Source of the DNA: Candidatus Tectimicrobiota bacterium
GTDB lineage: Bacteria; JACPUC01
Reading direction: 5' to 3'
DNA: 64,000 bases
Assembly: GCA_016192455.1 (NCBI GenBank)
Contig: JACPUC010000027.1
Coordinates: 1 to 64,000 of the forward strand
Shown: positions 1-9,270 of the stretch, in pieces
How positions within the stretch are numbered: position 1 is the first letter of the stretch
Layout: each line of letters opens with the position of its first letter
Made by a program: the position numbers and the translations under genes
The notes under the pieces: generated by a model
Told to the model about the DNA's origin: nothing
Seen by the model: only the letters and a program-made list of their open reading frames with translations
Databases searched by the model: none

Positions 1-2
1 AC

Positions 3-116
3 CAACTCGTCGAGCGCGGCCGACCCAAAAAGGTTGCTCTTATCGCCTGCATGCGCCGCCTCCTCGGCATCCTCAACGCCATCATCAGGACGCAATCGCC
101 ATGGAAAACCGCTTGA
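3..116 (+). mobile_element. C-terminal end of IS110-family transposase/recombinase (partial, runs off window start)
   Basis: Frame 3 reads QLVERGRPKKVALIACMRRLLGILNAIIRTQSPWKTA*, matching the IS110/IS621 C-terminus (GKPKKVALxACMRKLLxILNA); TGA at 114-116. Confidence 0.85.
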
Positions 117-133
117 CGTCAAAGACAGTCGCT
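113..133 (+). mobile_element. Putative IS110 right end with TTGACG -35 box and terminal CT core
   Basis: ttgacgtcaaagacagtcgCT overlaps and follows the transposase stop; sequence after the CT matches a REP flank elsewhere in the window. Confidence 0.6.
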
Positions 134-341
134 ACGGTCGATGGGATGGAAGCCTGCTGAGAAAAAGTGCGCGTGCTTATTTTCATGACCTTGCGGCTGG
201 GCCGAAGGCCCATGGGGAACTGCTTCGGAGCTGGTCAACGCCGCCACCAGAGCAGCAGGGGAACGGCCCAAAAGCTCAGGGAGGTGGTGGGGTCTTGAGC
301 TTTTGGCGTACGTGAGATCGGGACCTGCGCGCGGCCAAGCC

Positions 342-390
342 TGTTGCACGTATTGCGGATATTGCGCTTATTGCTTTTGTGTCGTAGATT
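342..390 (+). promoter_or_regulatory. sigma70-like promoter (TTGCGC-17-TAGATT) overlapped by four T(A/G)TTGC direct repeats at 9-bp period
   Basis: TGTTGC 342, TATTGC 351, 360, 369; -35 at 362-367, -10 at 385-390. Confidence 0.6.
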
Positions 391-412
391 TGTGGCAAAG
401 GAGGATTGGGCA

Positions 413-877
413 ATGGTTATGACCATGAGAAAAGGAGACCCTGTCCTGCCATCCAAGCAGGATGCGTTGCTGGCACTGGAAATGGGTCGGAAGCTTGCGG
501 CACATCTGCGGCACGACAAGAACCTGCGCGTCCGCCTGTTCGAGAATGACCTCGAGGGCGAGACCATCGAGCTCCCGGAAGCGGCGGTACGCCTGCTCCT
601 GGAGATTCTCGAGCAGTTGGCGGAAGGCAACGCGGTGACCGTGATTCCAGTGCATGCGGAGCTGACGACCCGACAGGCCGCCGATCTCTTGAACGTCTCG
701 CGGCCGCATCTCATCCAGCTTCTGGAGGAAGGGGAACTTCCGCACCGGAAAGTCGGCACGCATCGGCGCGTGCGCGTGGATGACCTTCTGGCCTACAAGC
801 GAAATATCGAGCAGAAGCGTCGCGTCGTGCTCGACGAGCTGGCCGCGCAAGCACAGGAACTCGACATGGGATACTAG
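413..877 (+). CDS. Excisionase-family (HTH_17) DNA-binding protein, probable antitoxin
   Basis: ELTTRQAADLLNVSRPHLIQLLEEGELPHRKVGTHRRV motif; ends AQAQELDMGY; adjacent to PIN gene. Confidence 0.9.
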   Translation: MVMTMRKGDPVLPSKQDALLALEMGRKLAAHLRHDKNLRVRLFENDLEGETIELPEAAVRLLLEILEQLAEGNAVTVIPVHAELTTRQAADLLNVSRPHLIQLLEEGELPHRKVGTHRRVRVDDLLAYKRNIEQKRRVVLDELAAQAQELDMGY

Positions 878-888
878 CGCGGGCGATC

Positions 889-1449
889 TTGACGGCCTTT
901 TATGACGCGTCGGTGCTGTATCCGGCGCCGCTCAGAGATTTTCTCATGCGATTGGCGCTTTGCGAGGTCTTTCGAGCGAAATGGTCGTCGAAGGTGCATG
1001 AGGAGTGGATTGAAGCGGTTCTCAGGAATCGGCCTGATTTGAAGCGGGAGCAGCTCGAACACACTCGTGAGCTGATGGACGCCCACGGGCGCGATTGTCT
1101 GGTAGAGGATTTCGAGAGCTTGATCGACAGCCTCCGCCTTCCAGACCCGACCGACCGACATGTCCTGGCTGCAGCCATTCGGGGTCGTGCTGATATCATC
1201 GTCACGCGGAACATCAAGGACTTTCCCAGGGAGAGGCTCGACCCCTACGGCATCGAGGCCCAGCTTCCGGACACGTTCATCACCCATCTCCTCGATCTGA
1301 ATGCGGCGGCGGTCGTTCGGGCAGCGCTGGAACATCGGGCAAGCCTGAAGAACCCGCCCAAAAGCGTGGCTGAGTATCTCCACACGCTGGCGCGGCAGGG
1401 CCTGACGCAAACGGTTGCCGAGCTGCCTGCCTTTGCGAGCAGCCTGTAG
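889..1449 (+). CDS. PIN-domain (VapC-like) toxin
   Basis: YDASVLYPAPLRD, LPDPTDRHVLAAAI and IVTRNIKDFP PIN motifs. Confidence 0.9.
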   Translation: MTAFYDASVLYPAPLRDFLMRLALCEVFRAKWSSKVHEEWIEAVLRNRPDLKREQLEHTRELMDAHGRDCLVEDFESLIDSLRLPDPTDRHVLAAAIRGRADIIVTRNIKDFPRERLDPYGIEAQLPDTFITHLLDLNAAAVVRAALEHRASLKNPPKSVAEYLHTLARQGLTQTVAELPAFASSL

Positions 1450-1718
1450 TCGATCAAGCGCATAAAGTTGGTGACGGCGCCCGCCACGCCTCGAAGGCGC
1501 CGAGAGAGGGCGGCAACGGCGCGGCATCATGCGCGGCGGCCCTGCAGTGGCTTGGGTGCAGGGAGTTGTAGGGAAGGAGGAGTGCGCGCCGCCGCGCCTC
1601 GGCTCGCGTGGTGCAGCGGCGCACCGGCGGACGACGGCGGCGGCAGGGCGGGGGGAAACGGTGCGACCCCGCCCGCCTCGCCGGCCGCCGCTGCAGAGGA
1701 AGGAATGGGCGGCCGGAC

Positions 1719-2045
1719 TTACGCCGGGGCGCCGCCAAGCTTCACATCCCAGCGGATCGCTTCGTCCTTCAGGGCCACCTCGGTCTCCAGGAGGAGGTAG
1801 CAGCCGGGGCAGTAGAACTCGCGGAAGACGAACTTCTCCGGCACCGCGATCTGCTCCGCCAGCGGACTGATGCGGCTCATCTGCCAATCGCTGACGAGGA
1901 GGTGGCGCTTGAAGTTCTCCTGGGCGGGGCAGATTTCGTGGCCGCAGGCGCAGGCGACGAGGCGCCGGCCATCCTTCTCGACGACGTGCAGGAACTCATG
2001 GATGTCCACCGGCGGAGCGGCCTCCCGGGGTTTCCTCTTCTTCAT
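1719..2045 (-). CDS. Acetone carboxylase gamma-subunit-like (AcxC-like) Zn-binding protein
   Basis: CACGHEIC...ENFK and REFYCPGC motifs; start overlaps stop of upstream hydantoinase B. Confidence 0.8.
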   Translation of the reverse strand: MKKRKPREAAPPVDIHEFLHVVEKDGRRLVACACGHEICPAQENFKRHLLVSDWQMSRISPLAEQIAVPEKFVFREFYCPGCYLLLETEVALKDEAIRWDVKLGGAPA

Positions 2046-4039
2046 GGTCGGCGTCCCACCTCTGCTCGCTGTTTCTTGATGGCTGCGCGCTGGCGCAGCG
2101 TTGCGCGCTCATCCACCTCGCCGTGCCCGGGCTTCAGGATGACGCCGTAGACGGCGCGGGCCTTCTCCTCCGAGACGAGCCCGTGCACGACATCGCGGCG
2201 CGCCAGCTCCGGCTCGCGCAGCAGGGGATCGCCGTAGCCGCCGCCGCCGGAGGTGATGCAGCGGTACACGTCCCCCCGTTTCAGGTACGAGCGCTGCATG
2301 GGCGGCACCAGGTCGAGGGTGCCGCGCAGCTCGGTGAACGACTGCGGCAGCTTCCCCTGGCTCATCAGCTCGTTGACATTCGAGTTGCGCATGACGGCGA
2401 ACTGGTTCGTCGTGGCCGGGTAGCCGCCGGCGATGCCGCAGGCGTCGGCATGCTGGTACCCCATGCTGTGCATGACGTTGGTGGGAATCTCGTCCACCCC
2501 GCGCACCGTGTAGGCCATGCTCACCCCGACGCCGCCGCGAAACTTGCCGGGACCGCCGGTGTCGGGCTCCTGGCGGCGGTAGAGGTAGAGGATGGGGGCG
2601 CGGAACTCGTAGGTCTCGACGTTGGCGATGCTGGCCGAGAGGGCGCGGATGAAGCCGCCGGTGTCGATGCCGTCCTTGAAGGAGCGCGCCCCCGTGCCGC
2701 CCGCCATGGGATCGAGCATCGTCAGCCCGAACGGCTGGCCGCGGCTGTCGGTGCCGAAGAGCTCCTGGGTGGGGATGGAGGCGATCCAGGGCGCCATGAG
2801 GAGCTTGCGGTACTTCGGACTGGCGGCGAACATCTTCGCCAGGCAGGCGCACGTCAGGGTGGTGGCGGAGTAGCTCCCCGAGGTGGTGGCCTTGCTGACG
2901 CCAGCGGGCCAGGTGGCGTGGAACACCGTGCCGGGCTCGGAGATCACCTCGATGCAGCGCATGACGCCGGCGGGCGACCAGGGGATATCGTAGCAGAGGT
3001 AGACGAGCATCGACACCACCAGCCCCGAGAGCAGCCCGGAGTAGGCGCAGTTGATGATCGCCGGGGCCTGCTTCGCCGTGCCGGTGAAGTCGAAGATGAT
3101 CTTGTCGCGCCGCTTCGTCATGGTGCAGACGCAGGGGTAGACCTTATCGGAGATGCCGTCGTAGTAGTCGAGGTAGACTTCGTGCGACCAGACGCCGTCG
3201 GGCAGCTCGCGGATGCGCTCGCGCAGGCGGGTGGCGGTGTAGGTGATGATCTCCTGCAGGCAGGTCTCGATGGTGTCGAGGCCGTAGCGCGCCACCAGCT
3301 CGAGGAGGCGCCGCTTCGTGAGGTTGACGGCGCCGATCTTTGCCCGCAGGTCCAGGGCGTTGAGGTCCTGGGTGCGCGAGCGCATCAGGTACTCGCGCTC
3401 GACATCCTTGCGCAGCGTGCCCCGCTCGATGATCTTCAGGGGCGTCATGATCGGCGCCTCCTGGAAGATCGACTCCGAGCCGATGCTCCCTTGGCTGCCC
3501 TGGACGGGGCCGCCGACGTCGATCTGGTGGATCGTCGAGCAGGTCCAGGCCAGCAGCTTGCCCTCGGCGAAGATCGGCGCCGCGCAGGTGACGTCGTTCT
3601 GGTGCAGGGCGCCGATGAAGGGATCGTTGGTGATGAAGACGTCGTCCTCGTCGATGCCGGGGTTCTCGCCGTAGTCTTTGATGAGGTTCTGCACGATGAT
3701 GTTCTGGCCCACGGCGTGCGAGACGATGTAGGGGCCGACGATGACGGCCTGGCCATCGGCGGTGAGGATCGAAGTGTTGAAGTCGTTCACCTCGGAGGCC
3801 ACGGGCGAGCCCGAGATGCGTTTTAGGGTCAGGGCGCTCTCGTCGTTGATCGACCAGACGCGGTGCCGCAGCACTTCGAAGGTGACGGGATCGAGGCGCA
3901 TGCGGCTTTTCCCGCTCAGCCGTCCATTGCGCGGCGGGGCACCCTTCTTGGCTGCCCCGGACTTGGCTGCGCCCCTCTGGGCTGCCCCCTGCTGGGCCAC
4001 CTTGGTGGCGCGGCTAACGGTTGTCTGCTTCCTTGCCAT
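2042..4039 (-). CDS. Hydantoinase B/oxoprolinase family subunit
   Basis: LDPVTFEVL, NDPFIGALHQND, HQIDVGG, DTGGPGKFRGG and GGGGYGDP motifs. Confidence 0.93.
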   Translation of the reverse strand: MARKQTTVSRATKVAQQGAAQRGAAKSGAAKKGAPPRNGRLSGKSRMRLDPVTFEVLRHRVWSINDESALTLKRISGSPVASEVNDFNTSILTADGQAVIVGPYIVSHAVGQNIIVQNLIKDYGENPGIDEDDVFITNDPFIGALHQNDVTCAAPIFAEGKLLAWTCSTIHQIDVGGPVQGSQGSIGSESIFQEAPIMTPLKIIERGTLRKDVEREYLMRSRTQDLNALDLRAKIGAVNLTKRRLLELVARYGLDTIETCLQEIITYTATRLRERIRELPDGVWSHEVYLDYYDGISDKVYPCVCTMTKRRDKIIFDFTGTAKQAPAIINCAYSGLLSGLVVSMLVYLCYDIPWSPAGVMRCIEVISEPGTVFHATWPAGVSKATTSGSYSATTLTCACLAKMFAASPKYRKLLMAPWIASIPTQELFGTDSRGQPFGLTMLDPMAGGTGARSFKDGIDTGGFIRALSASIANVETYEFRAPILYLYRRQEPDTGGPGKFRGGVGVSMAYTVRGVDEIPTNVMHSMGYQHADACGIAGGYPATTNQFAVMRNSNVNELMSQGKLPQSFTELRGTLDLVPPMQRSYLKRGDVYRCITSGGGGYGDPLLREPELARRDVVHGLVSEEKARAVYGVILKPGHGEVDERATLRQRAAIKKQRAEVGRRP

Positions 4040-4141
4040 AACCTTCCCCTTCGACCACGCTGGTGTGGTCGTCGTACACTCGCCGGGAATGGAGCCGCGG
4101 CACGTCGCCGGCCGCGGGATGGAGGTGCGTGCCGTCGCGAT

Positions 4142-6232
4142 TCAGCCCTCGAGCATGATGTTGCGGTAGCCGTCAACCTGCGCCGTATGCCACGGATGCA
4201 CCACGACGGTGGTGGCCTTGCCTTCGATGATGGCCGGTCCCTTCAGGCGATGCCCGGGACGCAGCAGCTCCTCATCATAGATCGGCGTGCGGACGAAGCC
4301 CTCGTCGCTGCTGAACAGCACCGCGCGCCAGCCCTTGCGCGCCACCGTGGCCTTGCTGCCGGCACGCCGCTGGCGCTTTAGCACGGGCTTCGTCATCCTG
4401 CCGATGCCGTGCACCCGGAAGGTGGACATTTCGATGCCGGCCTTGGTGAAGGCCGTGCCTTTCCCATACGTCTGCTCGTACATGTCGATGAAGCGGCTGG
4501 CGATCTCCTCGAGATGCCTGGCGCGATACGGCCCCGGCGGCAAGGGCACCCGCAGCTCGTGAATCTGGAAGCGGAACTTCATATCCACCGACCGCTGGAG
4601 ATCAATTTCTCCCTTGGGGATGCCGTCCTTGCGCAGGTCCGCCATCGCCGCCCGCTCGAGCTCCCGGAAGATGCCATTGACGCGCCGCGGGTCGCCGGGA
4701 GCGAGCATCGGCTCGGAGCGGGCATAGAAGCGCACCAGGTCGGACGCGGCGATGCCGAAGGCGGAGAAGACGGGGGCGTAGGGCGACACGAGGACGTTGG
4801 TGATGCCGATCTCGCGCGCATAGGCGCCGGCGTGGGTGGGCCCCATGCCGCCGAAAGCGTAGAGCACGAAGTCGCGCGGGTCGTGGCCCTTCTCGATGGT
4901 GACCTTGCGGATGAGGTCGGCCATGTGGGCATCGACGATGTCGATGATCCCCTTGGCGGCGGTCGGCACGTCCCAGCCGAGCGGCTTGGCGACGTGCCGC
5001 CGGATCGCCTCCTCGGCGCGCGCCGCATCCAGCTTCAGGCGGCCGCCGTGAAAGAAGTCGGCATTCAGGCGCCCCAGGACGAGGTTGGCGTCCGTCACCG
5101 TCGGTTGCGTACCGCCGCGGCCGTAGCAGACGGGGCCCGGGTCCGCCCCGGCGCTCTTCGGCCCCACCTGCAGGAGCGAGAAGTGCGGTTCGATCCAGGC
5201 GATGCTGCCGCCGCCCGCGCCGATGGAGTGGATGTCCACCATCGGCAGGGAGAGCGCGTACTTGGCGAGCACGGGCGTGCGGTTCAGCTCCATCTCGCCG
5301 TTGGCGATGATGCCGACGTCGAAGCTGGTGCCGCCCACGTCGGTGGAGATGATGTTCTGGTGGCCGAGGAGCTTGCCGATGAACTGCGAGCCGAGGACGC
5401 CGCCGATCGGCCCGGAGTTGAGGATGCTGACCGCCTGGTTCTCGGCCTCGAGGGCGGGGATGGTGCCGCCCATCGACTGCATGACGACGAAGGTGCGCGA
5501 GAAGCCGCTCTCCCGCAGCTTGCCGTCGAGGTGGCGCATGTAGGCCGAGATGGTGGGGCCGAGGTAGCTGTTGATGGCGGTGGTGACGGTGCGCTCGTAG
5601 TCGTTGATCACCGGCGCCAGCTCGCTGGAGATGGAGGTGAAGAGGTGCGGCGCCATCTCCTTGACGAGGGCCTTCACCCGCCGCTCGTGGCTGGGGTTCA
5701 GGAAGGACCAGAGGAAGGCGATGGCGATGGCCTCGACGCCGGCCTCGAGGAGCTGGGCGATCTGCCGCCGCGCCTGGGCCTCTTGCAGCGGCACCGCCAC
5801 CTGGCCGTGGGCGTCGATGCGCTCCGCCACGCCGCGGATGAGGGGCCGCGGCACGATGGGGTCCTCCTTGTCGAGCGCCACGGCGTTGGTGATCTCGCGC
5901 TCGACGAGCCCCGCCACCTTCTGGTGCACCCGCCCGATGAGGATGGCATCCTCATGCCCCTGGGTGGTCAGGAGGCCCACCTTCGGACCGCTGCGGGTGA
6001 ACCAGGAGTTCAGCCCCACGGTGGTGCCGTGGGCGAACACCGCGCTTTGCCGCAGCACCTCGCGCGGCTCGCCGCCCACCACGGCGGCGATGTTGGCCAG
6101 GGCGTTCAGCACCCCGACCTGCAGCTCGTGCGGGGTCGTCGTGTCCTTGTCGAAGTACACCTCGCCCTTCTCGTTGATGAGCACGCAGTCGGTGAAGGTG
6201 CCGCCGGTGTCGGTTCCCAGAATGAGGCTCAT
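4142..6232 (-). CDS. Hydantoinase A/oxoprolinase family ATP-binding subunit
   Basis: DTGGTFTD, HGTT, SGPIGG, DVGGTSFD, IGAGGGSIA and PTVTDA motifs. Confidence 0.93.
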   Translation of the reverse strand: MSLILGTDTGGTFTDCVLINEKGEVYFDKDTTTPHELQVGVLNALANIAAVVGGEPREVLRQSAVFAHGTTVGLNSWFTRSGPKVGLLTTQGHEDAILIGRVHQKVAGLVEREITNAVALDKEDPIVPRPLIRGVAERIDAHGQVAVPLQEAQARRQIAQLLEAGVEAIAIAFLWSFLNPSHERRVKALVKEMAPHLFTSISSELAPVINDYERTVTTAINSYLGPTISAYMRHLDGKLRESGFSRTFVVMQSMGGTIPALEAENQAVSILNSGPIGGVLGSQFIGKLLGHQNIISTDVGGTSFDVGIIANGEMELNRTPVLAKYALSLPMVDIHSIGAGGGSIAWIEPHFSLLQVGPKSAGADPGPVCYGRGGTQPTVTDANLVLGRLNADFFHGGRLKLDAARAEEAIRRHVAKPLGWDVPTAAKGIIDIVDAHMADLIRKVTIEKGHDPRDFVLYAFGGMGPTHAGAYAREIGITNVLVSPYAPVFSAFGIAASDLVRFYARSEPMLAPGDPRRVNGIFRELERAAMADLRKDGIPKGEIDLQRSVDMKFRFQIHELRVPLPPGPYRARHLEEIASRFIDMYEQTYGKGTAFTKAGIEMSTFRVHGIGRMTKPVLKRQRRAGSKATVARKGWRAVLFSSDEGFVRTPIYDEELLRPGHRLKGPAIIEGKATTVVVHPWHTAQVDGYRNIMLEG

Positions 6233-6399
6233 GGAACGAGCTCCTCCCGCGCAGCAGGCAGCGCTGCGTTGGCCGCAGCGTGATGCAGGTTCATCAGCAG
6301 GGGTCGAAGCATCCGCCCGCGGGCGGGCGAGGCGAGACCGTCTCCTCGCCGCGGGCCCAAGGCCGCGGCGCCTGCCGGGACCGGCGCCGCGGCGGGCTC

Positions 6400-7422
6400 C
6401 TACTTGCCGCTGAGCTTGGCGACGGCCGCCTTGCGGAAGCTATCGTCCAGGGCGCGCGCCAGGCTCGCATCAGCCTTCGTGAAGCCCATCAGCTTGAACC
6501 ACGCGAGCTGGTGCTCCAGGCTGGGCAGGTAGATCGAGCCGTCCGCTGGAAGGTAGAGCGGCTTGGTCTTGCGGATGAGCTCCGCCGGCACCTCCGTGTA
6601 CTTCTGCAAGATCTCCAGGATCTTCGCATCGTTCATGCCCTTGTCGTTGAAGTGCCGCACCGCCTTGATGTAGGCATTCATCCATTTCTGGGCCGTGTCG
6701 CGCCGCTCGCGGACAAACTTCCCCGAGTACATGATGACCGCCACCTGCGTGGTGGCCATTTCCGGCACCTCGTCCTGGGACTGGTAGCGCACCGCCAAGC
6801 CTGCGTCCTCGGCGCGCACCCCCCAAGGCTCGGCGGCGTTGCCGATGGCGCAGGCTTTCGACTGCCAGGCCTGGAACTGCTTCGGGGGCGCCATGAAGAC
6901 CGACTTGAACTTCTCCAGCGACGAGCCCAGGTGCTTCAGGTGGTAGTAGACGGAGTAGTCGCTGATGCCGCCCTTCCCCCACAGGCAGTCGGTCATGCCT
7001 TCCAGGGCCTTGATGCCTTTTTCCTTCACCAGCGGCACAAGGTCCTTGCGCACGAGCAAGAAGTTGGCCCAGCCATAGCCCGGTCTCACCTGGCCCTTGT
7101 CGGCCACGATGAAGACATCCATGCCCTGGGCGATGGAGTTGAAGAGGCCGGCGCTGGAGCCTCCGGCGGCGGCGTCGATCTCGCCGGCGGCGATGGGGGC
7201 CATCATCTTCGTGCCCGAGGCGAAGCGCAGCAGCTCGGTCTCCAGCCCCTCCTCGGCATAGTACTTGAGATCCATGGCAATGAAGATGGGGGCGAAGGAG
7301 ATGGCGGCGAGGTAGCCCACCTTCACTTTATCGAGGGCCCGCACCTCGGCCGTGCCGAGCGCCCCCAGCAGCGCCAGCAGCGTGACGACCACCGTGACGT
7401 ACCACTTCAGCATGCCTTTCAT
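6400..7422 (-). CDS. ABC transporter substrate-binding protein, NMT1/SsuA/TauA-like
   Basis: Signal peptide MKGMLKWYV...; APIFIAMDLKYYAEEGLETEL pattern. Confidence 0.85.
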   Translation of the reverse strand: MKGMLKWYVTVVVTLLALLGALGTAEVRALDKVKVGYLAAISFAPIFIAMDLKYYAEEGLETELLRFASGTKMMAPIAAGEIDAAAGGSSAGLFNSIAQGMDVFIVADKGQVRPGYGWANFLLVRKDLVPLVKEKGIKALEGMTDCLWGKGGISDYSVYYHLKHLGSSLEKFKSVFMAPPKQFQAWQSKACAIGNAAEPWGVRAEDAGLAVRYQSQDEVPEMATTQVAVIMYSGKFVRERRDTAQKWMNAYIKAVRHFNDKGMNDAKILEILQKYTEVPAELIRKTKPLYLPADGSIYLPSLEHQLAWFKLMGFTKADASLARALDDSFRKAAVAKLSGK

Positions 7423-7645
7423 GTTCTCCCCTTGCGCCCCTTCCGTCATCCTGAAGGTAGGAGCGCGCCTGTCCCCGATGCCGAGCCAGCCGCGGCGCGA
7501 GCTCTCAGGCTCGCGTGGTCGCCTCTCCTGCCTGCCGCGCGGCGATGCAGCCCACAGTCGCCAGCCTCCCGCCCCGCCACACGGCTGGCGCCATCCGTTC
7601 CCAAGCCTGCGCCGATCGTGCGCGCCGCCGGCGGCCGGCGGCAAC

Positions 7646-9070
7646 CTAGAAAATCTGCGCTTTCCACTTCTGCAGCGTCTTGTCCCGAAACTCCTTCTCG
7701 GCCCGCGCCACGAGGGGGAAGTCGCTCATCCACTCGTAGGGGCGGCAGGCGTCGATGACGGCGCGGGTGTTCAGTCCCTTGCGGTCCTTCGGGATGATGG
7801 GGTCCAGCGGCCCGCTCCACATGCGGCGCTTGATGTCGATATCGAGCTCCGGGTCGGAGCGGGTGCTGATGGCCCAGATGACCTGGTTCATGTCGGTGGG
7901 GTCGATGTCCTCGTCCACCACGATGACGTAGCGTCCCATGTAGGCCCCGCCGTGCGTCTGCGTGGCCGCCATGCCCGCTTGGGCGGCGTGGCCGGGGTAG
8001 CGCTGCTTGATGGCGACGACGATCCACATGCGCGTCGTGCCCGCCGGCTCGCACCACACCCCCCGCACATCCGGGATGCCGATGGACTCCAGCTCGTCCC
8101 AGATGAGGGCGGAGCGCATCAGCCCCTGGTAGACGCTGTTCTCGCACGGCGGGATGTGGTTCATGGAGCCGAGGATGATCGGGTCGTGGCGGTGCAGGAT
8201 GGTGTGGATCTTCACCACCGGCTCCGGCCGGGTGTGGCTGGCGTAGTAGCCGGTGAATTCGCCGAACGGCCCTTCCATGCGCAGGTCATCCGGCAGCATC
8301 TCCCCCTCCATGACGATCTCCGAGGCGGCCGGGATGGGGAGGCCGGTGAACGGCGCCTTGACGACCTCGTAGGGGTACCCCTTGATGCCGCCGACGTAGT
8401 CGTACTCGGTGAGGCCGTAGGGCAGCTCCAGGCTGGAGGCCGTCAGCAGGGCAGGATCATGGCCGAAGGAGACGGCCACCTTGCAGGGCTGGCCCTTGGC
8501 GAAGCACTTCTCGCGGTGGATCCGGCCGTGCTTGCCGGGGGACATGTAGACGAAGATGTGCTGCTCGTCGGCCAGCATCACCCGGTAGGTGCCGAGGTTC
8601 ACCCAGCCCTCCTCCGGGTCCCGCGTCACCACCACGTCGCCCGTGCCGATGTAGCGCCCGCCGTCCAGCGGGCACCACTTCGGCGCCGGGAACTTGAAGA
8701 CGTTCACCTCCTTGCCGCTCTGCACGTTTTCGAGAATCGGCCCGTCCGCCACAATCTTGTGGGGGATCGGCTCGATCGTCTTCACGTGGTCCTTCCAGTA
8801 GCGGACGAAATCCAGCGGGTGCTCGAACTCCTCCTTCACCCCCAGGGTAAGGGCGACGCGCCGCACCGAGCCCATGGCGTTGGTCAACACGCGGTAGCCC
8901 GCCGGGTAGTCCTTGATCTTGTCGAAGAGCAGCGCCGGACCGTTGCCGCGATGGTCCACGATCTCCGTGATGGCGCCGATCTCCAGGTTCCAATCGGCAT
9001 GCTCCAACAGCCGCAGCTCGCCGAGGTTCTTTGCTTTCTCGAGCCAGCTCCGTAGATCATCCGCCTCCAT
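7646..9070 (-). CDS. UbiD-family prenylated-FMN (de)carboxylase
   Basis: DLRSWLE, DGGRYIGT, NLGTYR, EGPFGEFTGYY, VVDEDIDP and IDACRP motifs; GAGGAGG RBS before ATG 9070. Confidence 0.93.
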   Translation of the reverse strand: MEADDLRSWLEKAKNLGELRLLEHADWNLEIGAITEIVDHRGNGPALLFDKIKDYPAGYRVLTNAMGSVRRVALTLGVKEEFEHPLDFVRYWKDHVKTIEPIPHKIVADGPILENVQSGKEVNVFKFPAPKWCPLDGGRYIGTGDVVVTRDPEEGWVNLGTYRVMLADEQHIFVYMSPGKHGRIHREKCFAKGQPCKVAVSFGHDPALLTASSLELPYGLTEYDYVGGIKGYPYEVVKAPFTGLPIPAASEIVMEGEMLPDDLRMEGPFGEFTGYYASHTRPEPVVKIHTILHRHDPIILGSMNHIPPCENSVYQGLMRSALIWDELESIGIPDVRGVWCEPAGTTRMWIVVAIKQRYPGHAAQAGMAATQTHGGAYMGRYVIVVDEDIDPTDMNQVIWAISTRSDPELDIDIKRRMWSGPLDPIIPKDRKGLNTRAVIDACRPYEWMSDFPLVARAEKEFRDKTLQKWKAQIF

Positions 9071-9164
9071 AGGGCGCCTCCTCACGCACGCCTCTTGGGT
9101 TGACACCCGGGAGGTTCGCGCAACTGAAATTGACATTCAACGTGCCGTCACAACGCAGTCGCTC

Positions 9165-9194
9165 ATTCTTTCCCAACCGCACTCCTACTGTCAA
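9165..9194 (-). promoter_or_regulatory. Candidate sigma70 promoter for the ubiD operon
   Basis: Minus strand TTGACA-18-AAGAAT. Confidence 0.4.
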
Positions 9195-9270
9195 TGCCCA
9201 GGGAACCGCGGCAGCCGCCCAGGCGGGAGGGCGGGCCCCACGTGGCCGGCTGGAACCCTGCCCTGCCCTG

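Noticed and set aside
160..310. Hairpins (ccaaaagctcag...ttgagcttttgg at about 268-306) as the IS110 bridge RNA
   Set aside because: They lie beyond the inferred CT boundary, after REP-derived flank; in IS621-like elements the guide RNA is upstream of the recombinase
2123..6283. Long + strand ORFs (567 and 624 aa) and similar antisense ORFs across the window (e.g. 10913-12934, 32256-34715, 57176-59470, 62506-63954)
   Set aside because: They are shadow frames of well-supported genes on the opposite strand, expected in high-GC DNA, and show no motifs
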